A stretch of 64,000 nucleotides of DNA from Azolla caroliniana (Eukaryota; Plantae; Polypodiophyta): assembly GCA_043228905.1 (NCBI GenBank), contig JBHGNT010000007.1, forward strand, positions 14,136,001-14,200,000. Direction: 5' to 3'. Shown piece by piece: positions 38,649-52,100 of the stretch; the stretch's first letter is position 1, and every line of letters begins with the position of its first letter. The notes beneath the pieces are model-generated. The model saw nothing but the letters and a program-made list of their open reading frames with translations, had not been told where the DNA came from and did not search any database. Both the position numbers and the translations under genes were made by a program.

Positions 38649-41600
38649 TGTCGTGAAGATTTCGGGCCATGGTGAGAAACTGGGGAATATCGGAGGAATC
38701 GGCGGGGTGGAGCATGTGCACTCACCCTTGTACAAATCGTGTAAATGATAGGGGCGCCATCATGGCGCCAGACAGTAGTTAATTCGGGACAGAGGATCCC
38801 ATGTAATAAGGGATTTATCCCACATTGTTACGCATCCCTCTCCTTGTTCTATAAAAGGAAGGGAGCGCCCTTTGTAAAGGGGTTGCCCATTTTGAGTTAG
38901 GAGGGTATATCGTTAGAGTTAGGGTTTCACCTTGGTAGTTTTCTTTCTTTCTTTCTTCTTCTTCTTCTTCGTCATCATGTGGGTTGAGAGTTCGTGTCTA
39001 TTTAGGGTTTGCTTATGTTCGGTCCCCTGTGCAAGACCCCGCTCGGCGCGACGAGCCTGAGAACTCCCCGATCGGCGGCTTGGCAGTAGACTGCTGTTGT
39101 AACCTAACCTACCTAGGTTCGGCTCGAAACTGGGGCTGTATCTTTTCCCTTGTAATATATATACTCATATATGTTTGTGCATATTGATGTATTTGGCAGT
39201 GTCAGGAGCATAGCCCCTTTGTTTCCTGTGCATAAGAGTCGGTGTCGCGTGCATGCTCTTTCTCTCTCCTTCTCTCTCTTTCTCTCTCTCTCTCTCTCTC
39301 GTGTTTGGTTGCCTCTGGGATGTGTCCGGAGTCGGTTTCTCGGTATCCCTTCCTCCCTAGTCCGAGACCCCTGTGGTCCCGCCCTTTTTGACACGCATGT
39401 GCGTAATAACGCGACATTATTTGGTGAACTCGACGTGAAAGGGCGGCAAGGGAGAATGGAGTTGGAAGAAGACGACTTCACCCAACTTTTTGTCGAAGCA
39501 GTGAGGGAGTTTGGACGAGTAACAACAAGGAGAGAGACGACGTAGCTAGTTGTTGAGCAAGTGGTCGAAAGAGTCGGTCGTTTCAACGGGGACAACCTCC
39601 CATTCTACTTGGAAGCCTACAACGCGGAAATGGAGGAGCGAGGCGTAGACGAGGTGTTGAGGCTGGGGTTCTTCTGTTGGGTCGTCACCGTCTGCATGCA
39701 CATGGAAGTGAAGGAGCTGTGAGAAGCTCATAGTTCATGGGAGGCCTTCGAAGAGGCGCTCCTGCAGGCATATGGAGGACGGTGGAAGAGCCGGGGACGA
39801 CACGGCTTCGACCAGTAGGTGGCATCAGTGAAGACCCACCGGGGCGCAACGAAGGCATTCCGAGAGTTTGAGCGACGGCTTGCTCGGCTCCTGGAGCGGG
39901 AGCAAGGTATGGTGGGGGTGGACAAAGCCCTGTTGTTCATTAGGTCGATCGACTGAGCGGAACGGGAGGCCATCGGGATTGAGCTCGAAGACGAGGACGA
40001 AGTGAATGGCCTTATAGAGGACTGGTCGAAGGTCGGAAGGGTATGCCGACGGCTGGATGACGATCGAGCCGAGAAGGCTAGGAGGAAGGCGCGTGATGGC
40101 GCGCCATCACAACGGGAAGAGGTCGAACGGCAAAGAGAGTCGGCAAGGCTCGACTTCAGGGCCAAGATTGCGAAGGCGTATGAAGATCTCGAGGCAATGC
40201 TCGAAGAAGAGGAAAGATCAAGGCCGCAAGCCGACGCCGAGGAGACGGACTTGCCCCACGAGATGGCAGAAGATCGGTATGACAATAGCACGGGAGAGGG
40301 TGCGGAACAAAACACCCTCTCGACTTGCGGAGATAGAACGGCCGAGGACAAGGCCGATATACCGATCGAAGAATCGAAACATTGGGGCCGGCGGTTTCGG
40401 GAACGTCGGCCCGAAACTCTGGACATTGGAGAAGCATGCCCAGGCAGGGCTTGCGTGATCGGGAAGAAAACGGCCACCGACCACAAGGAGCCGGTGGCTA
40501 CGGACAAGGGTGTAAATAGGATGAGTGATTCTACGCGTCTTCTCATGCTTTCTCCCGAGATGATGGCAGTCGGACCTGAGTGCCCACGTGAGTCCCAAGA
40601 GGAGGAAGGCGGCGGCGTGAGACCGAGAATCTCCGGTGAGATGATATGAGGAAGGAATGGACAAGTGCCCTCGGAACCGATTTCGAAGAACTCAACATTC
40701 GGGCCCTTACGCCCACGTGAGACCGAGGAGATGGATGACGGTACCGAGGAGTCTTGGCATGATGCCAACGAAGATGGAGGGGAAATGGCCCACGAGAAGG
40801 TCGATGAAGGGACCAAGAAATGACTTGACCTGGGACCGAACCGCGTGGCACTCCGATTCGGGTGGGGCACGATCCGGTCGTGGATTGTTCAACCGGGGCT
40901 AGAATTGGCATGAAGGTGCCAATACGGGAGAGGGTGCGGAACGAACCACCCTCTTTTACATGGGGAGAAAGACCGACCGGGAAAACGTCGGGAATCAAAA
41001 GGAAGGTGATCAAGGGTTCAGAATGAGCCCGGTAGGATCGTCATCAGAGTCGAAACTCTGGACATTGGAGAATCAAGCCCAAGCGGGGCTTGGTTGATCA
41101 CAGAGCGGATGCTATCCATCCGCTAAAAGGATCGGTGTCCTGGGACGAGTTGTCGGAAGACGTTACGAAATCGGTTACCCACATCTTGTCCGGGGACTTC
41201 GGCAGTTTGGCCGACGTGGCAACGTGAGACCGAAAGAGATGGAAGATGGAGGCGGGAACGCAGCTAGGAGAGCAACGACAAGTCCAGGAGAAGTACAAGG
41301 GACGAAGAGGAGAGCGAAGACCAGTCCTATGGGTCACCTCACACCGGATCTAGAGACCGACGGTCAGCATCGAATCCAACGTAAGACCAGGATACTGACG
41401 GTGGAGGCAGCAGAACGGGACCCGACAATCCAGAGAATGACGAAGGGTCTTGGACAAGAACCGGGTGGAGCGGACTTCTGGATAACCGATCCGGAAGAGG
41501 GGAGAGAGCAGGCCTACAAAGAGGCTGGGAACATGGTACGTCAGTACCACGGGAGAGGGTGTGGAGCGTGCCACCCTCTCGACTTGCAGACAAGGACGAC

Positions 41601-43470
41601 CCGGGATAAGGGTAAGAGATACGACGAGCCAGAGGAGGATCCTTCACACCGGTTCTAGAGACCCCGATGGTCGGTCCAAGAGCCGGCGTGAGACCTAGAG
41701 TGATGAACGATGCGGGCGAGGGGATGAAGGCAAAGGGCTGCAGATGGGCAGTCTACGGAGATCCTCACACCGATCTGGCGGTTGGCCTGAGAGCCAGCGT
41801 GAGTTCTATAGGAGAGATCGGTGGCGACAGGAGAATGTGTTCAATAGAAGAGGTCAGACTACTGCGAGAAGAAAACGGCAAGCGGTGCTGCCGCGACCTT
41901 ACACACACCGGTTCTAGACACTCCAGCGATCGGCCCGAGAGCTGGCGTGAGACCTAGAGTAAGGAACGGTGGTGGCGGCAAGGTGAGCAACCGAAGGCAG
42001 AAGGGGAGGTCCCACGAGATCCTCCCACCGATCCGGTAGTCGGCCTGAGTGCCGGCGTGAGCCCTATAGGAAAGGACGGTGGCGGCAGGTGAATGTGATC
42101 GGACGACGAAGGTATAGTGGCAAGGAGGTATCGGGCTGACGAGGCGGCCACAAACCAAAACTGGACCTTCCAGCAAGGTCGATGGAAGGAAGGGGGAAGA
42201 AGAAAAGGAAAACCGGTCCTACGGGATCCTAACACCAATCCGGAGACACCTGTAGTTCGAGCCGACATGGCAATGTGAGACCGAGTGAGAAGGGTGGTGG
42301 CGGTAGGAAACAGGAACCGGCGATGTAGGAAGTGCAGATGGGCGATCCTACGACGATCCTCACAACCGATCCGGAGACTCCAGCAATCGGCGACGAGAGC
42401 CGGCGTGAGACCTAGAGAGAAGGACGGTGGCAGCAGTAGAACGTGATCGAACGATGGAAAGCAGAGCGAAAGGAGCTATGAGGCCGGCAATGTGGCCACG
42501 AACCAGATACAGTTCCGACGGGTAGAGTTGGCAAGACAAAGGTCGGAAGCGCTTGGTATGAGAGTCAGTGACCCAACAAAATGGAGGCCCGAGAAGGATT
42601 CTTCACACATGCCCGGAGACCCCGACTGTTCGGCCGACGTGGCAATGTGAGACCGAGGGTAATGGAAGATGGCGGCAAGGGGATGAAGGCGGCAACAGGA
42701 GAAGCACTGACCAGCCAAGGCATTATGTGAACGAAGGAGGCCATTGTGAGCCGGTACGCGGCAAGGGTGATCTTCCGGTAAGCTGTCGGGGGACACACCG
42801 GTTAAGGAGCGGTGTGCCGAGCCGGAAGGGGCGCACTCGAAAGCGGAACGGAAGACGTGCGTGTGGCCATCAAGGGCCAAAGCGAAGCACGAGTACGGGA
42901 CGGTGTTTGGCAGAGGCGGTGCCAAACAAGGAAGGCAGAAGACGGTACACGGAGGTGCCGGGAACGAGAACATGTGTGCACGTAAACAGACTACGCGGGA
43001 CGGAGACCGAAAACATGATCAAGGGCTGGATGAGGATCCTCCACGCCCTCTTCAGAGATCTCAGCGGCTCAGTCGGAGTGGCAATGACTATCGTGGTGTG
43101 CCAAACCCGAAGATAACAAGCTGGTGGGGGCGAGGGGATGCCAGTAAGCGGAAGGCTCCATACCGGTGGCAGAAGCGCAAGACGAAAGTGGCCAAGCGGA
43201 CTACTACAGGGTGTTCCTCGGATGTGGAGGACACCAGTATGCGGAGGAGCGGCGATGCACGATCTAGCCGGGCGAGGGCCGACAATGCGTGCATAGGACG
43301 AAACCGGGGTTCGGCACGGGTGGAGCCGAACATGGGAAGGGGAATGCGCGGCGTGCGAAGGTGCCGGAGCGGGAACACCGGCGGGGAGATAGGTTGCCGG
43401 TTCAGGTGATCTCGCATAGAAGGCCAAAGAGGGAACCAACCAATCGTTGTAGCAACAACTTGCACAACTC
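38649..43470 (+). mobile_element. tRNA-Trp-primed Ty3/gypsy-group element F, gag-only (no pol seen), 3' end missing
   Basis: LTR 38649-39416 (TGTCGTGAAG...GCGACA), PBS tggtgaactcgacgtgaa. Degenerate gag homologous to G and H (RFNGDN, GVDKALLFIRSID, IELEDED...NGLIEDW), then about 3 kb of repeat-rich sequence without PR/RT/INT motifs. Right boundary approximate. Confidence 0.8.
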
Positions 43471-44230
43471 ATATCAAGAGAAGTCGGATATATCCCACTT
43501 TAGGATATTCAGCTCAATCGCGTACGTACATATTCCTGATGAGAAGTGGTAGAAGCTCAATCCTAAGTCGGAGAGATGTATCCTCTTAGAGTACTCGCTC
43601 AAACATTTGGGGTATATGTTATTCAACCCCTCTACCAAGAAGGTAGGAGTGAGTAGGGATGTCATATTCGTTGAATCGGCATCCTAGTACATAGTTGAAT
43701 CAACCCCAACCGATCCAATCGAAACTAATTTCCACATAGACTCGGGGGAGGATGATCGACTAAGGCTCACAATAGAGGAAAGTCCAATCTTATCTAGGTT
43801 GAGTGGACCACAGGAGCCCCTGAGTGACCAAAGCACGTCCTGGCCGAGTCTGAAGCAGGACAAAGGAAAGGCCAAAATGCATGAGTACAACGACTCAGAT
43901 GAAAACGAATTGGATCACTCACCCAATAGTGAGTATGTTGGATTGGATGTGCCAATCATGAGGACATTTGGAGCCGAGAAAGTGCTCAGAAAGACAAGCG
44001 AACATCCATGTTGCTCCACCCGAGAGAAGAACATAGTTAGCCGATTCGGTTACAATAATTACATGGCATATCATTATGCATTCATGATGAAGGTGGTGAT
44101 AGTCCAAGAACCGGAAACTTTTTCTGAAGCCGCGAAGGACCGATGATGGGTCGAAGCAATGAATGAGGAGATGCAAGCACTCTCCAAAAATGAGACATGT
44201 GATCTTGTTCCCTCTTCACCCCATCAAAAG
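43471..44230 (+). mobile_element. Ty1/copia internal fragment L (integrase C-terminus to RT start), C-like family
   Basis: IAYVHIPDEK...SRFGYNNYMAYHYAFMMKV...EPETFSEAAKD, near-paralogous to 36650-37350. Confidence 0.85.
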
Positions 44231-46577
44231 TGTAAAAGTTAAGGTGCGGAAGCGTAGACCCAACTGGCTCAGCCGGATAGCAACAGAAAATAGAACCAAA
44301 GGTTTAATGGAAGCTTGAAATTACACAAACGGGGGGGAGACAGAGAGAGCAAAATGTAAACTCTATTTCAAAAATAAACTCAATACTCTGTGCATATAAT
44401 GTGCTCTGTGAACATTTTTATGAAAGATAAGGTGCGGAAGCTAAGACAAAACCGGCTAGTTCGGATAACAACAAAACACAGAACGGAGGTTTAATGGAAA
44501 GCTTGAATACACGGGAGAGACATGGAGAGTAGAATAGTAAAAATTCAATTCAAAATAATAACACTCTGTGAATACAAATGTCTTACATAACACTTTTTAT
44601 ACAAGTCCTTAATAGGACTGACATGTACTTCAATGCTCATACGAGCGACTGACACTACCTCCGAGGAATATGCCTACGTACTAAGCTCGGACCGTAGGCT
44701 CCAATGGCCTACCGGTTCTCACTATTCTGGAGTACGATCCGGTTCTCCGGTCCGGCTCTAGGTTCCAGATACCGATATATCTGAACACCTATCTGGTTCT
44801 CCGTTCCGGATACTGATCCGGCTTTGGCTTACTCAGCCAATCCGAATCTGGTCGACTTTGCCCGCTCAACACCTCCCCTCAAGCTCAACTTGAGATCGGA
44901 TCACTATGTGTGTCCACCAGTTCTCTCCTCCGGCTCCTCCTAGCATCTTCTCGCCTTGCTCGCATGCTCCTTAACCCGTCTGGTCTTGCACACCTCGACC
45001 TTCTCGGTCGACTTGTCTGCTCATAAGGCCCATCTAAGCTCCTTCATTGTTACGACTCCGACGCATCGCGACCCTTCAGTTCCTCTGTGTCAGTGTTGAC
45101 TTCCACTACCTCCTTGTCCATTTGGCCTTCAGTTGATCCGACTCCTCTTCCGGATCGGGTGACTTCAGTTTGTTCCAGCTCTTGTCTGAATTGGATGCAA
45201 GGTTGTTATGTACATTAGGTACGGTACAAATACCATACGTATTTAAAGTATTAATACCCGTATAGTACCTCCCAATTTAAAAATACGTTAAATACGTTTT
45301 CTTAATATGTTAAATACTTATAAAATACGTATTTTACGTATAGTACGTTAAATACTTCTAGAATTTGAAAATTATTTACCTTTCTAAAAAATATCTATAA
45401 TATTGTAAAAAACATCTATGTTTACACAAATTTGTGATGTACAATATAGTTCTACATCCTAAAATGTATATAAGACATTTGAACATTTCACATCCTAAAA
45501 TACTTGTAGTAATATGGATGTTGACATTCCCTTATTCTATAAATTAGTGTAAGTGTGTATCACGATGTTCTACTTCAAATTGTAATTATTTACAATTATG
45601 CCTTCATAGATTGAGGAATCATCTACGGTTATCACACTCATAATAGGTTTCTCTTTTATTTGTTTTCTTCTTCTCTCTTCTTCGATTATCACACTCAAAG
45701 TCAGGACAAGTTTATGTCTTCTTTTCTCTCTTCTTCTTCTTCATCTTCTTCATCGTCGTCTCTTCTATTCTTCTTTCTTCCTTCCTTTGGCTTCTTTTTC
45801 ACTAAAATCTTTTCTTTCTTTTGCTTTTTGTTGGGGTTTTACTTACATTTTCTTTATAAATACGTATTATACCAGTTTTTTTATAAATACGTTGAATACC
45901 ATATTGGACAAATGTACATGATATTTGACTGAACAACATTGAGGTATAGTACGTACTATACAAATGATGAGGTACTATACGTATTTAAACGTTAAATACG
46001 GGTACGTAAACAACCATGATTGGATGTCTACAATTCTTCCTCAATATTCAGGCCCTTTACCACATCGGACTATGTCCGGGTCTTGGCCTTCTCCTTCTGG
46101 TCGGCTCTGTCTTTCTTGACTCTCCCATCATCGCCGTTTGTTCCAACTTGTTCAGACGTGCCGACTTCTTCAGTTGACTCGACATCTTCTTCTTCTTGTC
46201 TCCCTTGTCTCTCCGGTTCTTTGTCTGGTGCCATTACCTGCTTTCCTAGTAACCGTTCCAGTTTCCTCCTTTCTCCCCCTCAAGTGTGGCATGTCGAGAT
46301 GCTGAAGACCAAGCATCTCCGAAAAAAGCTGCAACTTGTCCAGGCCGAGAGGTTTGGTGAAGATGTCAGCAGTTTGTCGATCAATCGAAACATACACAAG
46401 TTCGGCTTCACCGGAGAGGACACGCTCACAGACAAAATGGTAGTGCACCTCAATGTGCTTGGTCTGGGCGTGAAAAATAGGGTTCCTCGCCAGTTGTATG
46501 CTAGTGAGGTTGTCACAGTAGATTGTCATCGAATTAGATACCGCCAACTACAGATCCTTTAGAAGCCTCTTGAGCCA
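44231..46577 (-). mobile_element. 3' part of A-family copia element M (RNase H end, C-terminal extension, PPT, composite 3' LTR)
   Basis: LTR sequence 44231-44871 is reverse-complementary to the A LTR. PPT rc cctcccctcaagctcaa at 44872. [13 protein letters not shown] in ORF 46170-46547. Confidence 0.88.
45198..46018. mobile_element. Non-autonomous hAT-type DNA transposon (821 bp)
   Basis: Perfect 8-bp TSD ATTGGATG (45190-45197 and 46019-46026). Imperfect TIRs CAAGGTTGTT / rc CATGGTTGTT. Subterminal AATACG/TACGTA repeats; AT-rich; no transposase ORF. Confidence 0.88.
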
Positions 46578-47658
46578 TGTTGAGTGGACAAGCTGAACCG
46601 GATCTGGATCGGTTGAATAAGCCATAACTAGATCAGAGTCCAGAATGGAGAACTAAATAGGTATCCGGCACAACAGACCGGATTGTAATCGGTAGGCTGT
46701 TAGAGGCCTACGAATCTAGCCTAGTACGTAGACATATTTTTAGGAGTCAGTGTCGGTTGCTGGTATGAGCATTGAAGTACTTGTCAGTACTTATGTTAGT
46801 CTATGTAAGGACTTGTATAAAAGTGCTCTCTAAGCACATTTTATGTACAGAGCGTTATTATTTTGAATTGAGTTTATATTGTTCTGCTCTCTCTGTCTCT
46901 CCCATCTAAGGTTTCCATTAAACCTGTGTCTATATTCTTTAGCTATCTGGACGAGCCAGTTTTGTCTTAGCTTCCGCGATTGTATTCTTTTACATGGTAT
47001 TAGAGCGTGAGGGTTGAGAACCTTTGCAGCTGACAAGCATTTTCTGAAGACAAACCCTAACACCGGGTAAAGAACACATAGAAGACGCATATGGACTGAG
47101 GAATGGCTAGCTTGCTCCCGACAGAGAAGCTCGACAGATCCAACTACGCATCTTGGTAGTACAAGATGCACCAGTACCTGCTTGAGCATGACTACTAGAG
47201 TTATGTTGACGGAGCAATGATATGACACCTGATGTGGCACATAGGGACTTCCCGACTTGGGAACAAACGGCAACCAAAGTTATGTACTGTGTTGCGTCCA
47301 GTGTCGGTGATAAACTACTGAGCCATATCCGGGATGCCAAGACGTCGAAAGAAGCTTGGGGAAACCTGGAGAAGGTCTTCACCGCAAGCACCACGACCCG
47401 GAAGTTACAACTTCGACTAGAGTTGAGCAATGTCTAACAAAAGGACATGTTGGTGGCCAACTATATGGCCCGGATCAAAGCCATTTGTGATTCACATGCC
47501 TCTATCAATGTGACCGTTGAGGAAGATGAGATGGTGCAGGTTTGTCTCGCTGGCATAACGTCAAAGTTCGGAGTATTCTGGACAATGGTCTGTACAAAGG
47601 AGAATACACCCTTGTTTTTTGACTTACAGTCGATGCTCCTAGTATAGGAGAACCACGC
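46578..47658 (+). mobile_element. A-family copia element N (5' LTR and gag only)
   Basis: LTR 46578-46994 similar to the A LTR, PBS tggtattagagc, gag EKLDRSNYASW...FFDLQSMLLV; cut by LTR J. Confidence 0.9.
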
Positions 47659-48095
47659 TGTCGTGAAAAATCCGTCACTACGTGCGGATCGTGAGGCGGA
47701 ACCGCCGGGGTTCTGGACTAGAAGGATTCAAAGTTTGCACTAGCTTTAGCAAGAAAGGATTTAAGATAGATTGAGAGAGATTGATATGGAGAGAGAGAGA
47801 TTGAGATAAAGATTGAACGTTTGACTTTAGATTTGAGAGACAAGATACATTAAGATAACTTGATTTATTATTATTATTATTAATTTCTTCCCACTTTCTT
47901 CATTAGCCCCATCTTGCTTGACCTCCATTCTTTTATAGATCCCCCCATGAATATGATGCATGGGAGGGTGCAAGACATGCATGTAACACATGAAATGCAT
48001 GCGATGCATGTTTGCCATGTCACTCATCCAAGCTCTCATGTATGAGATTTAACATATGAAAAATACAATAAAAATATAACTTTAAAGTCATGACT

Positions 48096-48152
48096 TAGCT
48101 TAGTGGTAAGTCATGTGGCTCTTATGTAGGAGGTGCAAGGTTCAAATTCTTA
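48096..48152 (+). promoter_or_regulatory. tRNA-like A-box/B-box module in LTR J
   Basis: TAGCTTAGTGG...GGTTCAAATTC with the same 44-nt spacing as in H. Confidence 0.6.
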
Positions 48153-49124
48153 CTTACACCATTGTAAACACAAAATTTTACAAGGCTTTAGTCTTGTTTT
48201 TACAAATGTTTAACTACATATTACATCTTCAGTTGACATCCAATGAACTGATGGAACCGTTGTCGAGATATTACGCAAGTGCGTGTGGAAACGAGGCGGG
48301 ACCGCGGGGGTCTCGAACCAAAGAGCAAGCGAGGGAGGAGAAAGAGAGAAAACCGGCTACGCAGGACCGAGGATACACAGGGACACGGCCCTTCAGCACA
48401 GAGAACGCGAACAGACACCGACACAGACAGATGCGAATGACTAAATATGTATATTAACAAAATGGCTAACACGACTACAACCCTCGATGGGGCACAGGTT
48501 GGCTACAACCGAACAGGCCGGCGAACAGATGCCGATGCCTGTTCGCTTCGACGCGCAAAGGGGGCAGCAGGTCGGAGGTGCTGCCGAAAGCACTCGGGCG
48601 TTCCTCGAAACAGCGCGAGCCTCCTCGGAACCCTGCACAGAAAAGCTATGGAGCTCAAGAAGGAAGGAAACAGAGAGAGAAGCGTCCAGAAACGGTCCGG
48701 CAGCACTTCCTCCTCTCTGCGCGAGATGCCTGCAACAGCTCTTTCCTGCTCCTTATATAGGCCGACGAGCAGGCCGTCATGTCAACTTTATTCCCTGTCC
48801 CTTTCGAACAGGGATTCGCTCCGTTCTTCACGCATCCGCGTAGTTACGCCGCCGACTCGTACAGTTCCTTAGCTCGCGCGCGCGACCGAAAAGACTGTTC
48901 GCGCGGTCTTTGTCTCCACTTGTGTTAGGGCCCGTTCCTGCCGATTATCCTCCTAATTCGCTTCTATGTACAACTTGGAGCGTGCGCGCGTGAAGAACCG
49001 GTTCCCACGCCTTGGTGCGCCGATTCCGCTTATGGACGGTTTTCTTCACGACATCCGCCCCCACCTAACCGCGCATCCTCCGGTATGCGCCAAGAGAGTT
49101 GGGACGGAGAAAACCGGCCCGTCT

Positions 49125-52100
49125 TCATTCCTCGCCCGTTGGTTCTTCCTCGTTTTCGGATCGTTCGTCACTGCTGACTAGGAGTGTCGGGTCTGGCTCG
49201 TCGTCGTGTCGCTTCTTGAACGCCTTGATCCGCTTCCCTGCAACCGGTATCGCCATTCTCGTGCCGTCGAGTTCCGCCAGGTGATATGTCCCGTTGTCAT
49301 TGGCGCTCCGTACCACGTAAGGCCCGAACCACCTTCGTGCGAACTTCCGTGTAGCTCGGTGCTGGTTGTCGAGGCTGCTGTCGTAGACGAGCACCCAGTC
49401 ACCTTCCTCGATTTTCTTCGGTCGGGGCCGGTGCGTTCGGTCGAACCTGGCTTTGTTCTTTGTCCTCGCCACCCGGAGCTTCTCCGCAGCCAGTTCCACG
49501 TCCTCCGGTCTCCGCTCGAGCTGTCGTATACGCGCGGCCAACAACTCCTCCCGGCTCATCTCGTCCCTCCAGTCGACCGTTGCCCACGAGGAGATCGTCT
49601 GTTCCATCGGCATGATCGGCTTCTGGCCGAACATGAGCTCCGTCGGCATGTACCCGGTTACCGAACTGTGCGTGGTCCGGTCTGCCCACAAAGCATAAGG
49701 TAGCAGCCGCGGCCAGTTACCGACTCGGCCTCCGCATGCCCGAACCAACGCCTTGGCGATCGGCCCGTGTCCGCGCTCCACCTTTCCATTCGCCTCCGGA
49801 TTGTACGCAGTGGTGAGCGAGAGCTTAACTCCCAGCCGGTCGAACAGCTCCGCGGCTTCTTCGGCGTCCAACTCCCCTCGGTCAGCCACGATCTTCCCGA
49901 TGCACCCGTACCGGCATATCACGTCCTCGATTAGGAACCGACATACGGCCGCGGTCGTTTTGTTCGGAAGGACCCGGCCTTCCACCTGGTTCGTCAGATC
50001 CTCCCGCGCTAGGACCAAGTACCGCATCTGTCCTACCCCCATTGGCATCGTCACCAGATCTACCATCCATTTGAAGTGGATGGTCGGAGGGTACGTAGGG
50101 TGAAGCTCGTCCCGGTGTCGGACCACGGAGTGCATCTGACAGCTCTCGCAAGTTGTCACGAATCGATGCACGTCCCGGTACAGTCCCGGCCACCAGTACT
50201 TCTCCTTTATCTTCTCGAACGTGGCCCAAGTTCCACGGTGTCCGGCCCAAGGGCTGTCGTGGTAGGCCGTCAGCAGCTCCTCCTGTTCCTCCTTCATCGC
50301 CACCACCCGGAGCGGAGCGCCGTCCCTCTTCTTCGGGTGCTTCCATAGATAGCCATCCCGGAGAAAGAACCGGTACGCTTTCTTCCGGATCCGGTTGGCC
50401 TCGTCTTTCATCCATGACGCATCCGGCGCCATTGTCCTCAAGAACCCGCCGATCTGCAGCCACTCCCCGTCGTACTTGCTCGCGTCGAAGTCGTTAAGCG
50501 CCGGAGTGCTCGTCCCGTCGGTTGTTACGTATGCTGCCTCGAAGAAGTCCACGCCGACCTCTTCGTCCTCCGAAACCATGCCGCCCTTGTCATCGAACCT
50601 CGCCCTCGAAAGCATGTCGGCCATGGCGTTGTCTTTCCCGGAAATGTGTCGTATTTCTGGGTCCAGGGACTTGATGTACGCTATCCACCTGAGCATTGCC
50701 AGGTCCGGCGTCGCGCATCCGGAAACGATGCCGAGAATCGGCATGCAATCCGTCTCTATGATTACCTCTGTCCCGATCAGATAGTCCTTGTCGGCCTTCA
50801 CCGCCGAAACGATACCCCAGAGTTCGCGTTTAACCTGGGCGTATCCTCGCTGCCGCTCACTGAGGACCTTCGCGCCGAATCGGATCGGAAACCGATTGCC
50901 GTCCTCGTCTTCTTGGTTGACAACCCACCCGATTCCGGTCGGACTCGTGTCAACCGTTATGTACACTGGGGTGCCCTTCCTGTAGACGGCCTTTCGGAGC
51001 GCCGGTGCTGCCGAAAGAGCCTCCTTCAGCTTCCGGACCGACTCCGTGTGCTTGTCTAGCCATTCGAATCTTCGCCCTTTCTTCAATAATCCGTACAGCG
51101 GCTCCGCGACGTGCGCGTAATGCGGGATCCATATGTGGTAGAAGGCGCATGCTCCCAAGAATCTTCGTACTTCCGTGACCGAGCTGCAATCAGGCTTCAT
51201 CGCGGAGATGGCTTCTACCTTTGCCGGAGACGGTTTCCGGCCATATGGTCCACATAAATGTCTCCCCCGAGAAGGTGAGCCTCGCATCCTCTAGCTTTTG
51301 CAGCACCTTCTCGCAGTCGTCGATGTGCGTCATCACGAATCGCCGGCATCCGTCTGGCCCGATCGTCTCGTCCTTCTCTTCTACCGGGCATCCCTTGATC
51401 GGGATGTCGTCTAGAAACGGCATGGTGATGTCCGGGATGCAGTCCCTCAGCACCTTGTTCATTGCATTCACCATGTGGGCCACTGAGTTGGTCCCTCCTT
51501 GCGGCAGCGTACACATCCGCACTAGGCCGAGGGGAGTTCGCATCGTCGTAATGTCTCTGCTCTCCACGGCTAGCTGGAACTGGTCGTACCCTGAGTATAG
51601 ATCACCGACCGAGTAAATCGACCTTCCGGCGAAGGCCTCCGCGAACTCGTCTATGGTCGGTCCGATCCCTGCGTTCCGAATGGTCACTCTGTTGACCGGC
51701 TGCAGGTCCTGAATGAAGCGCAACGATCCGTTTTTCTTTGGTACGGTAAACCATCGGTTTGAATATGGGGCGCTCGACGGCTCGAGAATGCCCATATCAA
51801 CTTTCTGCTTCAACAGCTCCATCAACTTCGGGATGTGAGCTCTCGGAACCGGAATTGGCTTGAGATTCCACGGTACATGCGGCACCGTGAATATCACCAT
51901 TGGCTCTACGATCGTCGGGTCTACGCACCCGATTTCCTCCGGTGAGAATGCGAAGGCTTTCCCGTGCCTTCCGAGCATTCTCCAAAACCGGTCTTCCTCC
52001 ACCGGCAGTAGGAACCCGCCCCCACCGATCTTCAGTTCGCGGAGCGTCTCGTTGGTGAAGGTGTGTCCTATGCAGGCCGGATCTCGTAAGCTGGGGTCCG

